A stretch of 63,822 nt of DNA, filler included, from a bacterium (GTDB lineage Bacteria; JBBIVP01): the NCBI GenBank assembly GCA_037439705.1. It is 6 parts of 6 records of this genome, joined end to end, with 100 filler letters (N's around TTAATTAATTAA, not from the genome) between each part and the next. Parts side by side here need not be neighbours in the genome. Positions count along the whole stretch, not along the records: positions 1 to 11,046 come from JBBIVP010000057.1; 5 more parts are not named here. One strand, 5' to 3'. Positions 1-11,146 of the stretch are shown one piece after another. Under the pieces are notes generated by a model. The model worked only from the letters and a program-made list of their open reading frames with translations. It was not told where the DNA came from and ran no database searches. How positions within the stretch are numbered: the first letter of the stretch is position 1; the number at the start of each line of letters is the position of its first letter. Position numbers and translations under genes: made by a program.

Positions 1-761
1 ATTTCTGAAATTATAACCCTCGCAAGCCTCTTTGCTTTTTCTATATCAGCCCTTTCTTCAGGAGGATATTCTTCCTTCGGAGGTGTAGGAGCTGGCTTTG
101 GAGGAGGTGAAGGAGCTGCAGGTGGTTTAGGAGGGGGCTGAGTTGTAGCAGGTTTTGGAGGGGATGGGGCGGGCTTCGAGGGGGGAACTGGCTCAGATGG
201 CGCTGCGGGCTTTGGGGGAGGAAGAAGTTTTAATCCAGTGAGATTTTCTAATTTTTTAAGGAGGCCCGGAACTTCAAATGGAAAGTCTATGAAATCGTCA
301 GCCCCATACAGTTCTTCTGGGGGTCTTCTGAAGCGGGAGGTATCATAAGTGGATGTAATAAGTATAATTTTTATATCCTTTAATGTTTCCCTCTTTTTTG
401 CAAGTTCACATACTTCATATCCAAAAATCCTCGGAAGAATTACCTCCAAGACAGCTGCGTGTGGTTTTTCAGATTCCATAAGCTCAATAGCTGAAACCCC
501 ATCCTCTGCTATAATGACATCTACCCCGTATGACTTCATCTTTTCTGAAAGTTCTTTTCTCACATCTTCGCTTTCGTGGGCGAGGAGAACCTTGATGTAA
601 TCAGGTTTAAATATCTCTTTTTCTTCAACCTTCTGCTGGGGAGGGATTTTTACGGTAAAAACCGTTCCACATTTTTTGCATTTAAGATTAATTACCTCTT
701 TTTTTACCGCTGAAGGGTCAATCTTGTAAACCGTGTTACATTTTGGACATTTTACCTTCAT
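1..761 (-). CDS. Zinc-ribbon (MJ0042-like) + atypical receiver + Pro-rich linker protein, truncated by window edge
   Basis: Not in ORF track; hand translation from ATG 761 (ATGA overlap with MCP stop): [15 protein letters not shown]...[10 protein letters not shown], receiver-like KVLLAHES...AAVLEVILP...[11 protein letters not shown], poly-Pro, then [12 protein letters not shown]; open to position 1. Confidence 0.85.
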   Translation of the reverse strand, partial: MKVKCPKCNTVYKIDPSAVKKEVINLKCKKCGTVFTVKIPPQQKVEEKEIFKPDYIKVLLAHESEDVRKELSEKMKSYGVDVIIAEDGVSAIELMESEKPHAAVLEVILPRIFGYEVCELAKKRETLKDIKIILITSTYDTSRFRRPPEELYGADDFIDFPFEVPGLLKKLENLTGLKLLPPPKPAAPSEPVPPSKPAPSPPKPATTQPPPKPPAAPSPPPKPAPTPPKEEYPPEERADIEKAKRLARVIISE

Positions 762-2866
762 GTTTTCACCTCTCTTGTTTTAAATTTCTGAATCATTTCA
801 TAAAGCTTTTCAAGCCTTGATTTCAAGCCTGTCACATATTGATTAGCTTTCTCTGTATTTGAAGCATTTTCACTTGATATCTCAGCAACTTTATTGATGG
901 ATTCAAGAACAAGGGAAGTGTTCTTTGCCTGTTCGTCTGCGGCTTTATGAATGTATTTTATCATCTCTGTAATGTTTTCTATTGCCTTCGCAATATGCTT
1001 GCTTCCCTTCTCCTGTTCTCTCGTGGAATTCTTCACATGTTCAGCAACTTCTTTCATCTTCTGAGAAGCAGCAGCGATTCTGTCTCCACCCTTTGACTGC
1101 TCGTAAGTTGCCTTTGCTATTTCGTCCACCATGGTTTTTATCCTTTCTATACTCACCCTCAATCCCTTACTTCCTTCTGCCTGTTCCCTCATTGCAATTG
1201 CTATTTCCCTGCTCTTGTTGGCTGAAAGCACTGAGGTCTCCTGAATGTCCTTCAATACCTTTCCTGCTGTAAATGAGAGTCCCATTCCTTCATCTATTGT
1301 CTTCATTCCAGAATCCATCGCTTTAACGGTAACATTTGCACTCGCCTGCACGCTCTCTATTATACCTTTTATTTCTCCTATGGAAACAGATGTTCTGTCT
1401 GCCAGTTTCTTTATGGCATCCGCCACAACAGCAAAACCCCTCCCGTGTTCTCCTGCCTGCGCTGCTATAATGGCAGCGTTCAGGGCAAGAAGATTGGTCT
1501 GCTCTGCTATATCATCTATCACATTTACAATGTTTCCGATTTCTCTTATTTTTTCAACAAGCCCTTTTAATTCTCGTGCCGCATCCTCCATTGATGATTT
1601 TATCTTTTTCATTCCTTCTATGGAAGCCTCAACCGCTGAAACACCTCCTTCTGCTGCTTTCCTGGCATCCTCCGAGATTCTGGCTGTATCTCCCACATTC
1701 ATTTCTACCCCTTTTATGGTGGCGTCAAACTGGGCAATAGCAGAAGCTATTGATTCCGCTGAATGCATGAGCGTTTCCACATTTGCTGCAACCTGTTTTA
1801 TAGAAGTCACCATTTCATCAAGGGAAGCTGTAGTTTCCTCTACCGCATTCATCAAAACATCTGCATTTTCTGCAACCTCTTCTACGGAAGCACTCATTTC
1901 AAGGATTGAGGAAGAACTTTCTTCGGACGAAGCAAAGAGTATGTCCACATTTTCTGCTATTTCTTTTATTGAGGAGTTTATTTCCTCAATGGATGTACTT
2001 ATCTTTTGAATATATTCACTTTGAACCTTTGCTCCCCTGTTCACATTTTCTGTAAATTCAAGCATCTCTTTTGTTGCCAGAGAAATTTCATCCATGATAA
2101 TACGGATGTTTTTAATAGCCTCGTTAAGATAAAATACCATCTTGTTAAAAGAATCGGCAAGAGCCCCTATTTCTCCACCTTCCTCAACTTCCACTGTATG
2201 CTTGAGATCTCCTGAGGCTATGTGCTGTGCCATCTTTGTCATATCCCTTAAAGAAACGGTTACCCTTCCCACAAGTATTGTGGATATAATCCATGCACCT
2301 ATAAGGAAAAGCAGGAAAAATGTTCCAGATGAAACCTGGACCTTCCTGAAGACCCTTTTCATCTCAAGGGTGTTTAACCCAAGGATTATATATCCGTGAA
2401 CCACAGAGTCTTCTCCATATCCCATCCCCTTTTCTGTGGTGACTGCTGTATTGAAAATTAGGTAATTATTTCCCGCGATAGCAGTATACTCAGTCCATCC
2501 CGGCTTCTCTCTTATAAATTCCTTTACGATTCCTTCTTCATTGGCAATCTCTTTTTCCTTGAACCTCCAGAGTAACTTCTTTTTATCCTTATTATATATG
2601 GCTACAAATGAAACCTCTCTATCCTGAAAAAACCCATCCGTTATTTGAGTGAGGATTATTGTATCTTCTGCTATAACCCCATACTTTGAAGTAAAAGCTA
2701 TACTCTCAGCGAGAGAAAGTCCCCTTTTTATTAACTCGCTCCGCAACGCATTTTTAATTTCCCTCGTGAAGACAATCACATAAGATAATGAAACTATAAG
2801 GACAATCAGGGAAACAAGGATTATAATTTTTGTTCTCAGATTCATTCCTGTTATTTTTAACCTCAT
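758..2866 (-). CDS. Methyl-accepting chemotaxis protein (2 TM, HAMP, very long signalling domain)
   Basis: [28 protein letters not shown] hairpin tip; HAMP ([13 protein letters not shown]); about 450-aa cytoplasmic coiled coil. Confidence 0.95.
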   Translation of the reverse strand: MRLKITGMNLRTKIIILVSLIVLIVSLSYVIVFTREIKNALRSELIKRGLSLAESIAFTSKYGVIAEDTIILTQITDGFFQDREVSFVAIYNKDKKKLLWRFKEKEIANEEGIVKEFIREKPGWTEYTAIAGNNYLIFNTAVTTEKGMGYGEDSVVHGYIILGLNTLEMKRVFRKVQVSSGTFFLLFLIGAWIISTILVGRVTVSLRDMTKMAQHIASGDLKHTVEVEEGGEIGALADSFNKMVFYLNEAIKNIRIIMDEISLATKEMLEFTENVNRGAKVQSEYIQKISTSIEEINSSIKEIAENVDILFASSEESSSSILEMSASVEEVAENADVLMNAVEETTASLDEMVTSIKQVAANVETLMHSAESIASAIAQFDATIKGVEMNVGDTARISEDARKAAEGGVSAVEASIEGMKKIKSSMEDAARELKGLVEKIREIGNIVNVIDDIAEQTNLLALNAAIIAAQAGEHGRGFAVVADAIKKLADRTSVSIGEIKGIIESVQASANVTVKAMDSGMKTIDEGMGLSFTAGKVLKDIQETSVLSANKSREIAIAMREQAEGSKGLRVSIERIKTMVDEIAKATYEQSKGGDRIAAASQKMKEVAEHVKNSTREQEKGSKHIAKAIENITEMIKYIHKAADEQAKNTSLVLESINKVAEISSENASNTEKANQYVTGLKSRLEKLYEMIQKFKTREVKT

Positions 2867-5223
2867 GACCGCACCTCTTTTATTTTAATTTTCACACTAT
2901 TTATCATTGTAACCATTTTTTCCAGTAAATTCCCAATTTCTGATATTTTAAGGTCAATGGTAGCAAATGAATTTTTTATTTCTTCAAGTTTCCCCTGATA
3001 CTTTTCACCCTTCTCATTTACCTTACTTACAAACGATATCTGGTCATTGAGTAAGTTCTGCGAGGTTATTATAAACTCAAGCGCTTTCTCCATAAGAGAT
3101 GTAGAGTTTTTAAGGTATTCCACATATTTTTCATAAGAATCAATTGAAGCAAAAACTTCCTCAATTGAGCTTATAGATTCACCAAGGTCTGAGCAAAAAG
3201 CAAAAATTTTGTCTGAAAATTTGCTTGCTTCTTTTACTGATTTATCAACCTTTTCAATTTCAGATGCAAGAAGCGACAATTTCTCACTTATATAATCACA
3301 ATCCTTTGCGAAGGTTTCAGTAAATTTGTTTATCTCCGCCATTTTATCCACCGAATTTTCTATGAATCTCTGCAATTCAGAAACTATCTCGTTTATCTCT
3401 CCTGTTGACATCTCTGTCCTTTCAGCCAGTTCCTTGATTTCCTCTGCTACTACCGCAAAGCTTTTTCCCTTCTCTCCAGCCTGAGCAGCTATTATTGATG
3501 CATTCAGAGAAAGGAGATTTGTTTCCTCTATAATTTCCTTTATCACCTTTGCTATTTCCCCTATTTTTTCTGAATCACCCTTAACATTTTCAATTGAACT
3601 TGCTATCCATTTTATCTCCATAGCGAATTTCTCCATCACCTCTTTTGATTCTACTATTTTTAAATCAAGGGAATGAAGAAGACTTTTCACTTTCGAAATG
3701 TTTTCTGATGTTTTCTTATATATACTTGGAGTCTCCTTAATCTCCTTTATCCCATAAGAATCCTCCCTCAAATTGTCAATCCTTTTTAAGAAATCGGAAC
3801 TCTTCAACTTTTTCAAATCCTTCATGAAAGAGGAAAATTCCTTTTCTTCTTTTAAAGAGCGTTGTAAGAGTTTTATAATTTCTTCTGAAATCTCCTTGTT
3901 CTTCAACCCAGCAACCATTTTTGTTTCTTCCTCTCCAGTGGTGAAAAAATCTTTTGTTTCGTTGAGAAAACTGCGAAGAGATGCAATATCTGACCTCTCA
4001 CTTTCAATACGCTTTTTTATATCTGAAATTGTTTCCTCAAAAAATGGGAGATTGTCCTCAATAGATTTTATTGATTCCATAAGTTGTAAAAACCTTTTTT
4101 CCGCAACCTCCGCTTTTTCCTTCATCTCTTTTGTTTTGTCACCAAAATTTTCAGTGAATTTAAGAAGTGCAAAGAATATTTGATTAAACTCGTCATCCGA
4201 TGGAACAGGTGCTTCATTTTTTTGAAGAAAATTCTTCATATCCTCCATAGAACCCTTTAAATCCCTTATTACCAGGTAAGGAATTGAAATAAGTATGCAA
4301 AGGGAAAATATGCCGAGAAGCCAGATAGTTCTGTTCCAGGGCTCAGGATACATCACAAGGTTTTTCCAGGAATAAACAAGGCTTTCAATTTTTCCTTCAT
4401 CTGCTTTCTCAAACACAAATATGTTCATTGTAGAAGGGTCTATGTAAATTTTCTTTCCTTTCCTTGATAACTCAACAATCCTTTCCTCTATTCTTCCCTT
4501 TACATCCCCCGGGTCAATGGTAATTTTTCCACCTATAACCTCTGAGCTCCCCGTTTTTATAAATGAAAGTTCCTTCTCTCCTACCTTTTTTAAAACCCCA
4601 CTTATAAGGTCGTCTCTCATCCTCAAAGAGAGTATTATTATCAGGATAAATGTTATAACTATAGAGATAACAAACGGAAGAATTACCTTGAGTGTAAAGG
4701 AAAAGGAGAGAAAACTTTCATAGGATTTATACTCAATTTTCAATTCCTTCAAAAATTTTCTTATCCTGTCTTTATAAAAATAATACATTAAAAGGGGAGC
4801 GAAAAATCCTCCGCATATCCCAAGAAAAAATGCTTCAATGCTATTAACAAGTGAAAAACCGAAAAACAGGTAAAATATTATGGTACAGAGGAAAACACCA
4901 AGCACCCAGCACCAGAAGGCTAAAAAGGAAAATCGGAATGGAATTGCCACTATCCTTTCAACCTTTCGGATTTTATCTTCTCCTTCCGCCCCATCAATGC
5001 CCTCTATCTCATTTTTCAGTTCTTTCAAGGTGAAAAATATGTAGGCTGTAAGAAATCCGAGAGATACAAGTCCAGCAACCAATAAGAAGTAAATCCGCTG
5101 TTCAGCTGTCATTCTTATTATGAGCGAAAGGTAAAACTCAATCATGATAAGGATTAGAAAAGTGATTATAGTGGATATAAGAAGAAAATCCCTGTAAACA
5201 TTTCTTTTTGTTTCTTCGCTCAT
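2863..5223 (-). CDS. Multi-TM, divergent methyl-accepting chemotaxis protein
   Basis: [37 protein letters not shown] tip; about 6 hydrophobic segments in N-terminal part. Confidence 0.9.
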   Translation of the reverse strand: MSEETKRNVYRDFLLISTIITFLILIMIEFYLSLIIRMTAEQRIYFLLVAGLVSLGFLTAYIFFTLKELKNEIEGIDGAEGEDKIRKVERIVAIPFRFSFLAFWCWVLGVFLCTIIFYLFFGFSLVNSIEAFFLGICGGFFAPLLMYYFYKDRIRKFLKELKIEYKSYESFLSFSFTLKVILPFVISIVITFILIIILSLRMRDDLISGVLKKVGEKELSFIKTGSSEVIGGKITIDPGDVKGRIEERIVELSRKGKKIYIDPSTMNIFVFEKADEGKIESLVYSWKNLVMYPEPWNRTIWLLGIFSLCILISIPYLVIRDLKGSMEDMKNFLQKNEAPVPSDDEFNQIFFALLKFTENFGDKTKEMKEKAEVAEKRFLQLMESIKSIEDNLPFFEETISDIKKRIESERSDIASLRSFLNETKDFFTTGEEETKMVAGLKNKEISEEIIKLLQRSLKEEKEFSSFMKDLKKLKSSDFLKRIDNLREDSYGIKEIKETPSIYKKTSENISKVKSLLHSLDLKIVESKEVMEKFAMEIKWIASSIENVKGDSEKIGEIAKVIKEIIEETNLLSLNASIIAAQAGEKGKSFAVVAEEIKELAERTEMSTGEINEIVSELQRFIENSVDKMAEINKFTETFAKDCDYISEKLSLLASEIEKVDKSVKEASKFSDKIFAFCSDLGESISSIEEVFASIDSYEKYVEYLKNSTSLMEKALEFIITSQNLLNDQISFVSKVNEKGEKYQGKLEEIKNSFATIDLKISEIGNLLEKMVTMINSVKIKIKEVRS

Positions 5224-5726
5224 TCTTTATCCCCTTTCTTTATAATTTCTGAAATCCTTTTCATATCCGTTATTTCCTTTTCTGTAAAAAGCCTTTCCAT
5301 ATCAAGAACGAATACTACCTTTGAATTGATCTTGAAAATGCCCTGAAAAATCTCTCCTCCGCTTTCCTTTAAAAGTAAAGGTGCGCTTCTAACCTTTCCC
5401 TTCTCTATCCTTATTACATCTTTAACCTCATCTGCAATAAAACCGGCGAGCCTCCCTTTTATTGAGACAATAAGGATTCTCGCTCGCTTTGGTGGATTAA
5501 AGGATGGAAGCCCGAGTTTCCTCCTCACATCAAGGATTGGAATAAGCGTTCCCCTCAGATCAATGAGCCCTGATATGAAAGGAGGTGGATTGGGAATGGA
5601 GGATACTTCAGCCATATTTGTTATCTCTTTCACCTGAAATATATTTATTCCGAATAATTCCTCTCCTATGCTGAACAGGACGAATGAAAGGAACTGTTCG
5701 GGAGAAATTTTTTCTTCTTTCTTCAT
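5220..5726 (-). CDS. cheW: Chemotaxis coupling protein CheW
   Basis: FGINIFQVKEI...IPNPPPFISGLIDLRGTLIPILD; ATG 5726 overlaps upstream TGA. Confidence 0.93.
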   Translation of the reverse strand: MKKEEKISPEQFLSFVLFSIGEELFGINIFQVKEITNMAEVSSIPNPPPFISGLIDLRGTLIPILDVRRKLGLPSFNPPKRARILIVSIKGRLAGFIADEVKDVIRIEKGKVRSAPLLLKESGGEIFQGIFKINSKVVFVLDMERLFTEKEITDMKRISEIIKKGDKE

Positions 5727-6400
5727 CACTCCTCACTCACTATTTTCTCAAGGTTAAGAACCGCAATAAACTCGTTGTCTATGTGAACAAAATAGGATAT
5801 GTAATCCCTGTTTATATTTCCCATAGTGGGAGGAGGAACTTCAAGTTTTGACTTAAAAATCCTCATTACATCTTTTATAGAATCAACACAGAAACCGAAC
5901 TGCTTCCCGCCAATCTCAACGAGGACAAATCGGGCATCCGGCGACTTATTCTCCGTTCCATCTGAAATGCCAAGTATCTTTTTTATATCAATTATTGGAA
6001 CAATAACCCCTCTCAAGGAAATAATTCCAAGCACATGAGGGGGAGCAGATGGAATTTCGGTAATAGATTTTGGTTTTATTACCTCTTTTAATTCCTCAAG
6101 AGGAAGGGCATAATTTTCCCCTGAAATGGAGAAAACGAGATAATCAAGTTTTTCCTCAAGCACCTCCTCAGCAAAAGCGTGCCTCAGCTCTTCTTCAGCG
6201 AGTTCAAGAAACCCGGCCTCCTCCTCTTTCTTCTCCTCTTCAATGATCACATAAGATTTTTCTTCAATTATCGGTTTTTGAGAAATCTCCTTTTCCATCT
6301 CCACTTTTTCCTTTATCTCAAAAACTGGAGGCTCTTCCACCTTTACTTCCTCTTTTTTCTTCAGTTTCTTTGCCTTCTCTCTTGCTTTCAGTATATCCAC
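5726..6400 (-). CDS. cheW: CheW with charged N-terminal extension
   Basis: YALPLEELKEVI...IPSAPPHVLGIISLRGVIVPIIDI. Confidence 0.93.
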   Translation of the reverse strand: MDILKAREKAKKLKKKEEVKVEEPPVFEIKEKVEMEKEISQKPIIEEKSYVIIEEEKKEEEAGFLELAEEELRHAFAEEVLEEKLDYLVFSISGENYALPLEELKEVIKPKSITEIPSAPPHVLGIISLRGVIVPIIDIKKILGISDGTENKSPDARFVLVEIGGKQFGFCVDSIKDVMRIFKSKLEVPPPTMGNINRDYISYFVHIDNEFIAVLNLEKIVSEE

Positions 6401-6401
6401 C

Positions 6402-7232
6402 TTAAGCCCTCAAAACCCTTGGATATGGAATCATCTCCTGAACCACTGCTTCAATTATATCTCCCTTTATAATTTTTGCATCCCTTGAAAATCCTTCTAT
6501 CAGTGCATTTGAGCATATATGATTTATCATCCTTGGAATACCTTCTGAATAATAATGAATTTTTTCAATCGCATCGGTTGAGAAAAGGTGTTCCTTTCCT
6601 CCTGCTTTTTTTAACCTGAATTTTATATAGTTTTCAGTGTCCTCCAGCTCAAATGGTTTTAAGGTATAGTGAATGCCAATTCTCTGCCAGAAAGCCTTGT
6701 TCTTAGGATGAGAGAGTTTCTTTCTAAGCTCTGGCTGTCCAACAATGATGAGGGAAAAGAGGTTTTCATCATCAAGTTGAAAATTTGTAAGAAGTCTGAG
6801 GTCTTCAAACACTTCGTTTTGAGGAATTGTCTGTGCTTCATCAACGATGATTACTGGAACAACATCATTTTCATACATTCTGAATACCTCGTCCTCTATC
6901 TTGTCTATGATTTCCGTTCTTGAACGGGAATTCGTTTCCACTCCGAACTTATTGAGAAGATTTTTTAGAAATTGAAAGGGAGTAAGTTTTGGTGAACTTA
7001 TTAAAATTGGAAAGTAATTTTTTTCCAAACTGTCAACGAGTGCCCTTATAAGGGTGGTTTTGCCACATCCAACCTCACCTGTAATAAGAACTATGTCCTT
7101 CTCCTCTACAGCGAGCTTCATCCTTTCTAATGCCTCGCTGTGCATCTTACTCATATAAAGAAAGGATGGGTCGGGAGTTTTGTTGAAAGGTGGCTTTGTG
7201 AAACCGTAAAATTCGGAATATGCGCTTTTCAT
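6402..7232 (-). CDS. ExeA/GspA-like AAA ATPase
   Basis: YSEFYGFTKPPFNKTPDPSFLY N-terminus, Walker A GEVGCGKT, Walker B IIVDEAQ, VGQPEL, GIPRMIN; start taken at MKSAY just after cheA stop. Confidence 0.9.
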   Translation of the reverse strand: MKSAYSEFYGFTKPPFNKTPDPSFLYMSKMHSEALERMKLAVEEKDIVLITGEVGCGKTTLIRALVDSLEKNYFPILISSPKLTPFQFLKNLLNKFGVETNSRSRTEIIDKIEDEVFRMYENDVVPVIIVDEAQTIPQNEVFEDLRLLTNFQLDDENLFSLIIVGQPELRKKLSHPKNKAFWQRIGIHYTLKPFELEDTENYIKFRLKKAGGKEHLFSTDAIEKIHYYSEGIPRMINHICSNALIEGFSRDAKIIKGDIIEAVVQEMIPYPRVLRA

Positions 7233-7233
7233 C

Positions 7234-9234
7234 TCACATTTCCTTTGACATACTTTCAACGATATAAACCGTATCAAGAACGAGTGCTATTCTTCCATCC
7301 CCCATCTCGGTTGCTCCTGCTATTCCATTTAAGTTTTTAAGAATTGATCCCAAGGGTTTTATAACTACATCGTGCTGTCCGAGGAGGGATTCTGTAAGAA
7401 TTCCAACGGTTTTATCTCCTATCCCCACTATTACCACATAATACTCATCTTTTTTAGCGGAAATAGAATTCTTTCCGAATATATTTGAAAGCCTCACAAG
7501 GGGAAGGGTTGTTCCCCTCAACTCTATAACCTCCTTTTTCTCCACGGTTTTGATATCCTTTGAACTTATCTGTAGACACTCCTGAATAGAATTCAGAGCG
7601 ATTGCATAGAGGTTACCATCCTCCTGCACAACAAGAGCCTGGATTATTGCAAGGGTTATGGGAAGGGTTATTGTGAATTTTGTCCATTTTCCTAAATCGG
7701 ATGATACTTCTATGAGTCCAGAGAGCTTTGTAATGTTATTTTTCACTATGTCAAGTCCAACTCCCCTTCCAGATATTTCCGTTGCGGACTCTTTGGTGCT
7801 GAAGCCCGGTTTGAAAATAAGTTTGAAAAGTTCATCTTCAGAAATTTCTTCATTTTCCGAAATAAGATTCATTTTAATTGCCTTTCTCCTTATTTTCTCG
7901 GGGTCTATTCCCCTGCCATCGTCTTCAACTTCTATCACTACATGGTTGCCTTTCTGATAGGCATTTATGAGGATTTTTCCCGCCTCAGGTTTTCCTAAAA
8001 GTGTTCTTTCCTGAGGAGTCTCTATCCCGTGGTCTATTGCGTTTCTCACAATGTGAAGAAGAGGGTCAGCAAGTTCTTCAACTATAAGTTTATCAAGCTC
8101 TGTGTCTTCGCCCTTAAGCTCTACATCAATTTCCTTTTTCATCTCCTTAGATATTTTTCTCACCGCACGCACAAGTCTCTCAAAGGCAATCCGAAGTGGC
8201 ACCATTCTTATTTCCATTATAGATGTTTGAAGTTCGTTTAATCTCCTTTCAAGAACTCTGCACATTCTGTCTATTTCAACAGAAAACCCCCTGTATCCCA
8301 TCTCCACCTTCATCCTGGATGAAAGGTTAAGAAAGGTTGATTTTATCACCATCAATTCTCCAACGGTATTCATTATCTCATCAAGTTTTGAGATATCCAC
8401 CCTCACAGTTGATGTGACGCTTTTTAAAGATGTAACCTCTCTTTCACTCACTCCTTCTTGAGCCTTTACCTCTTCCACCTTTCTTCTTTTTATTTCTTCA
8501 ATTTCCACATTTTCGTATGGAATTATCTTTTTCAGTTCCTGTAATTTCTTTTCCGTTCCCACAAGGAGCGAAAACTTTATCTTTCCCTCCTCTGGTTTAT
8601 CAACCGAGGGGAGGGTCGTTATGACCTCTCCAACCCTTTTTATGGCAGTTGTTACTTTGTTCAATCCTTCATCAAAATTGTCAATTGGAAACTGGAGGTT
8701 GACTAAATAAAGATTTGCTCCCCGTGAGATATTCTCCTTGAGCCTGTGTTCTTCATACTCTGTAAGGACATCAAGAATTTCTTTCTTTATGTCAAATTCG
8801 CCAATACGAACCTCTTTTGTTCCTGAAGGGGCTTTTTTAATAAATTCTTCAAGCTCACTCAAAAATTCTGAAACCCCAGGATATCCCTTTAAATTTCCTT
8901 TCTCAATTTCTTTTAAAATTTCCTTTGTTAGTAGAACTCCTCTACTAAAAATTTTTATAAATTCTTCAGTAAGTTCTATTTTACCGAGCCTCAATCTGTC
9001 AAGCAGATTTTCAAGGGAATGACTTGTTACCTTTATATCCTCAAGACCAAGCATTCCCGAAATTCCCTTTATGGAATGCATTCCCCTGAAGGCTTCATTT
9101 ATCAATTCAGGATTTATTCTGCCACCTGGAACAGCCTTCTCCATCAGGTCAATTGCAGAATCCACCCTCTCAAGGATTTCCTCTGCTTCGGAAATGAATT
9201 CTTTTAGAGCTTTCTCAGAAGGACCTTTTGACAT
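7234..9234 (-). CDS. cheA: Chemotaxis histidine kinase CheA
   Basis: Hpt FRGMHSIKG, VRVDISKLD dimerisation, HIVRNAIDHG N-box, EDDGRG, SGRGVGLD, C-terminal CheW domain. Confidence 0.97.
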   Translation of the reverse strand: MSKGPSEKALKEFISEAEEILERVDSAIDLMEKAVPGGRINPELINEAFRGMHSIKGISGMLGLEDIKVTSHSLENLLDRLRLGKIELTEEFIKIFSRGVLLTKEILKEIEKGNLKGYPGVSEFLSELEEFIKKAPSGTKEVRIGEFDIKKEILDVLTEYEEHRLKENISRGANLYLVNLQFPIDNFDEGLNKVTTAIKRVGEVITTLPSVDKPEEGKIKFSLLVGTEKKLQELKKIIPYENVEIEEIKRRKVEEVKAQEGVSEREVTSLKSVTSTVRVDISKLDEIMNTVGELMVIKSTFLNLSSRMKVEMGYRGFSVEIDRMCRVLERRLNELQTSIMEIRMVPLRIAFERLVRAVRKISKEMKKEIDVELKGEDTELDKLIVEELADPLLHIVRNAIDHGIETPQERTLLGKPEAGKILINAYQKGNHVVIEVEDDGRGIDPEKIRRKAIKMNLISENEEISEDELFKLIFKPGFSTKESATEISGRGVGLDIVKNNITKLSGLIEVSSDLGKWTKFTITLPITLAIIQALVVQEDGNLYAIALNSIQECLQISSKDIKTVEKKEVIELRGTTLPLVRLSNIFGKNSISAKKDEYYVVIVGIGDKTVGILTESLLGQHDVVIKPLGSILKNLNGIAGATEMGDGRIALVLDTVYIVESMSKEM

Positions 9235-9631
9235 CTTTCTTTCCCCAGAGATATTCCTTCACTATTTTTTTCAACTCCTCCGTATCAAAAGGTTTTACAA
9301 AATACTTCTCGGCACCAAGGGAAAGTCCTTTTTTTATGTCCCTTTCACTTCCTTCCGTTGAAATTATTATAAGAGGAATGTGCTTGTATTTCTGGTCGCT
9401 TTTCAGGAATGAGATCAGCTCAAGCCCATTTATATCGGGCATATTTATGTCTGTTATTATCATATCAAAATCAAACTTTGGAAGCATCTTAAGAGCCTCA
9501 AATCCGGTTCCACACTCTACCACATACATCTTTCCCACAGATTGAATTGTTGAAATTATATAATCTCTCATAGTTTTTGAGTCTTCAACAACCATCACAT
9601 ATTTCTTTTTTTTATCCCATTTTTTTTCCAC
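9215..9631 (-). CDS. cheY: Single-domain response regulator, CheY-like
   Basis: VVEDS, ITDINMPDINGLE, IIST, FVKPF. Confidence 0.9.
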   Translation of the reverse strand: MEKKWDKKKKYVMVVEDSKTMRDYIISTIQSVGKMYVVECGTGFEALKMLPKFDFDMIITDINMPDINGLELISFLKSDQKYKHIPLIIISTEGSERDIKKGLSLGAEKYFVKPFDTEELKKIVKEYLWGKKDVKRSF

Positions 9632-9632
9632 T

Positions 9633-10856
9633 TTATTTCTTCTCCTTCAACATTCTTTCAAGAAAAGCCTTATCCATTGCAAGACCAGCGTGGGAAAGAA
9701 AGATCTCCAGTCCGGCTGTACTCCCTATCTTTTTTGGTTCGGGGAGGTCGTCGCCATATAGAACCGCTATTATCTTTCCCCTTGTCCATACAGGAGCTAC
9801 AAATGCCTCAACAGGATATATTCCTCCCAATTTCTGAACGAGAAATTTGTCCCATCCATCTTTTCTCAAACGCTTCTTCATTGATGTTCCTTTTTCTATA
9901 ACATCTTTGAATATGGAAGGAGAATCAAGCGGAATTTTTATGCCTCTAACAAGGGCGTTGGAGTTTGGAGTGGATGTATAAACCCCGAATTGTCCCAGTC
10001 CGACCACCTCATTTTTTCGGACGAGAAAAAGAATTGCCCTGTTCATTATTTCGCTTGCGTATCTAAGAATGAGAAGTGTGATTTCGGTTCCTGAAGAAGG
10101 ATTTTGAAGTTCGTATATGTAGGATTTTAGCCTCTTTATATCCTCAATTTCTGATGCCTCTTCATCAATCTCTTCTGTTTCAATCTCTATGTCCAGAGTG
10201 TTTAGTATTTCCCTTGCAAAATTTCTGAGTTCTACATATTCTCCTTTTTCAACGACAGCAGGCCGAGAAGTTTTCCTCTCAATTGTTTTTTCAGCCTCAA
10301 CAAATTTCATCTTCGCTCTTTCAGCCCTTTTCTCAGCGCCCTCCCTTTCCTCCTCATCTTTTTTTCTCGCTCCCTCAATGGCAAGAAACTGCGGATTCAC
10401 GCCTATATCCATAACCACTCCATAAGGATTCATGTAAAGAGTAAGGTCCTTTTCATCTTCTATAATCTCAAGGTTGAACCTCCCTTCATCCCATTTAAAA
10501 AGTTTTAAAACCTCATCCTCTACATAAGGGGTGAGAAGCTTTTCCATGTAATTGCTCTTTAATATATTTTTCTCCCTCAAAAAATCGGCAAAGGTTCTGA
10601 TGGATGGAAAAAGAAGTTCAAATTCTTTTTTCAGCGCATCAATTTCTTCATGAGAAGTGACCTTGTGCTTCAAAAGTATATCCTGAATCTCTGGTGAAGA
10701 ATCAGTTTCCGCATAAACTACCTGCCCGAATTTAAAAACAATTTTGCCCTCATTACTTCCCTTTCTCAAAAACAGAACCCCAGACTTTCTACTCAATCCC
10801 ACGATGGAGAGAATCTCTCCCAGTCCCAGGTCCTCTAATTTTCCACCAAGGCTCAT
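9633..10856 (-). CDS. DUF4388 (PatA_N) domain protein with C-terminal GAF-like domain
   Basis: MSLGGKLEDLGLGEILSIVGLSRKSGVLFL and LFKWDEGRFNL; C-terminal VAPV...IIAVLYGD. Confidence 0.8.
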   Translation of the reverse strand: MSLGGKLEDLGLGEILSIVGLSRKSGVLFLRKGSNEGKIVFKFGQVVYAETDSSPEIQDILLKHKVTSHEEIDALKKEFELLFPSIRTFADFLREKNILKSNYMEKLLTPYVEDEVLKLFKWDEGRFNLEIIEDEKDLTLYMNPYGVVMDIGVNPQFLAIEGARKKDEEEREGAEKRAERAKMKFVEAEKTIERKTSRPAVVEKGEYVELRNFAREILNTLDIEIETEEIDEEASEIEDIKRLKSYIYELQNPSSGTEITLLILRYASEIMNRAILFLVRKNEVVGLGQFGVYTSTPNSNALVRGIKIPLDSPSIFKDVIEKGTSMKKRLRKDGWDKFLVQKLGGIYPVEAFVAPVWTRGKIIAVLYGDDLPEPKKIGSTAGLEIFLSHAGLAMDKAFLERMLKEKK

Positions 10857-10929
10857 CTCTTAAAATTTACCAAAAATTTAAAAAAAAGTAAACTACTTAA
10901 AAAAAATATATATAAAAAAATGTAGACAC

Positions 10930-11046
10930 ACATAGACATTGTTACCAAGGGGAAGTGATAAAATTGGATGAAAAGGTTTTTTTGGTGATAGAGAGTGCCT
11001 TGAAAGGAATAGGGCTTACCATAAATCCCTTTCGCCAAAAAGATAA
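10930..11046. repeat. Dispersed repeat, copy 1 (possible IS/MITE end), running into contig end
   Basis: ACATAGACATTGTTAC (10930-10945) identical to 28734-28749; GATAAAATTGGATGAAAAG (10957-10975) matches 28780-28798 at 18/19. Confidence 0.7.
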
Positions 11047-11146
11047 NNNNNNNNNNNNNNNNNNNNNNNNNNNNNNNNNNNNNNNNNNNNTTAATTAATT
11101 AANNNNNNNNNNNNNNNNNNNNNNNNNNNNNNNNNNNNNNNNNNNN
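11047..11146. other. Artificial contig linker
   Basis: N44-TTAATTAATTAA-N44. Confidence 0.99.

Noticed and set aside
1245-2009. Long antisense ORFs (for example 1245-2009, 32678-33241, 35638-36096)
   Set aside because: Shadows of well-supported genes on the opposite strand
11047-11146. Recurring TTAATTAATTAA palindromes in N runs (also 22125, 33194, 44252, 54897)
   Set aside because: Identical 100-bp six-frame-stop linkers; ORFs crossing them and cross-linker synteny are artefacts
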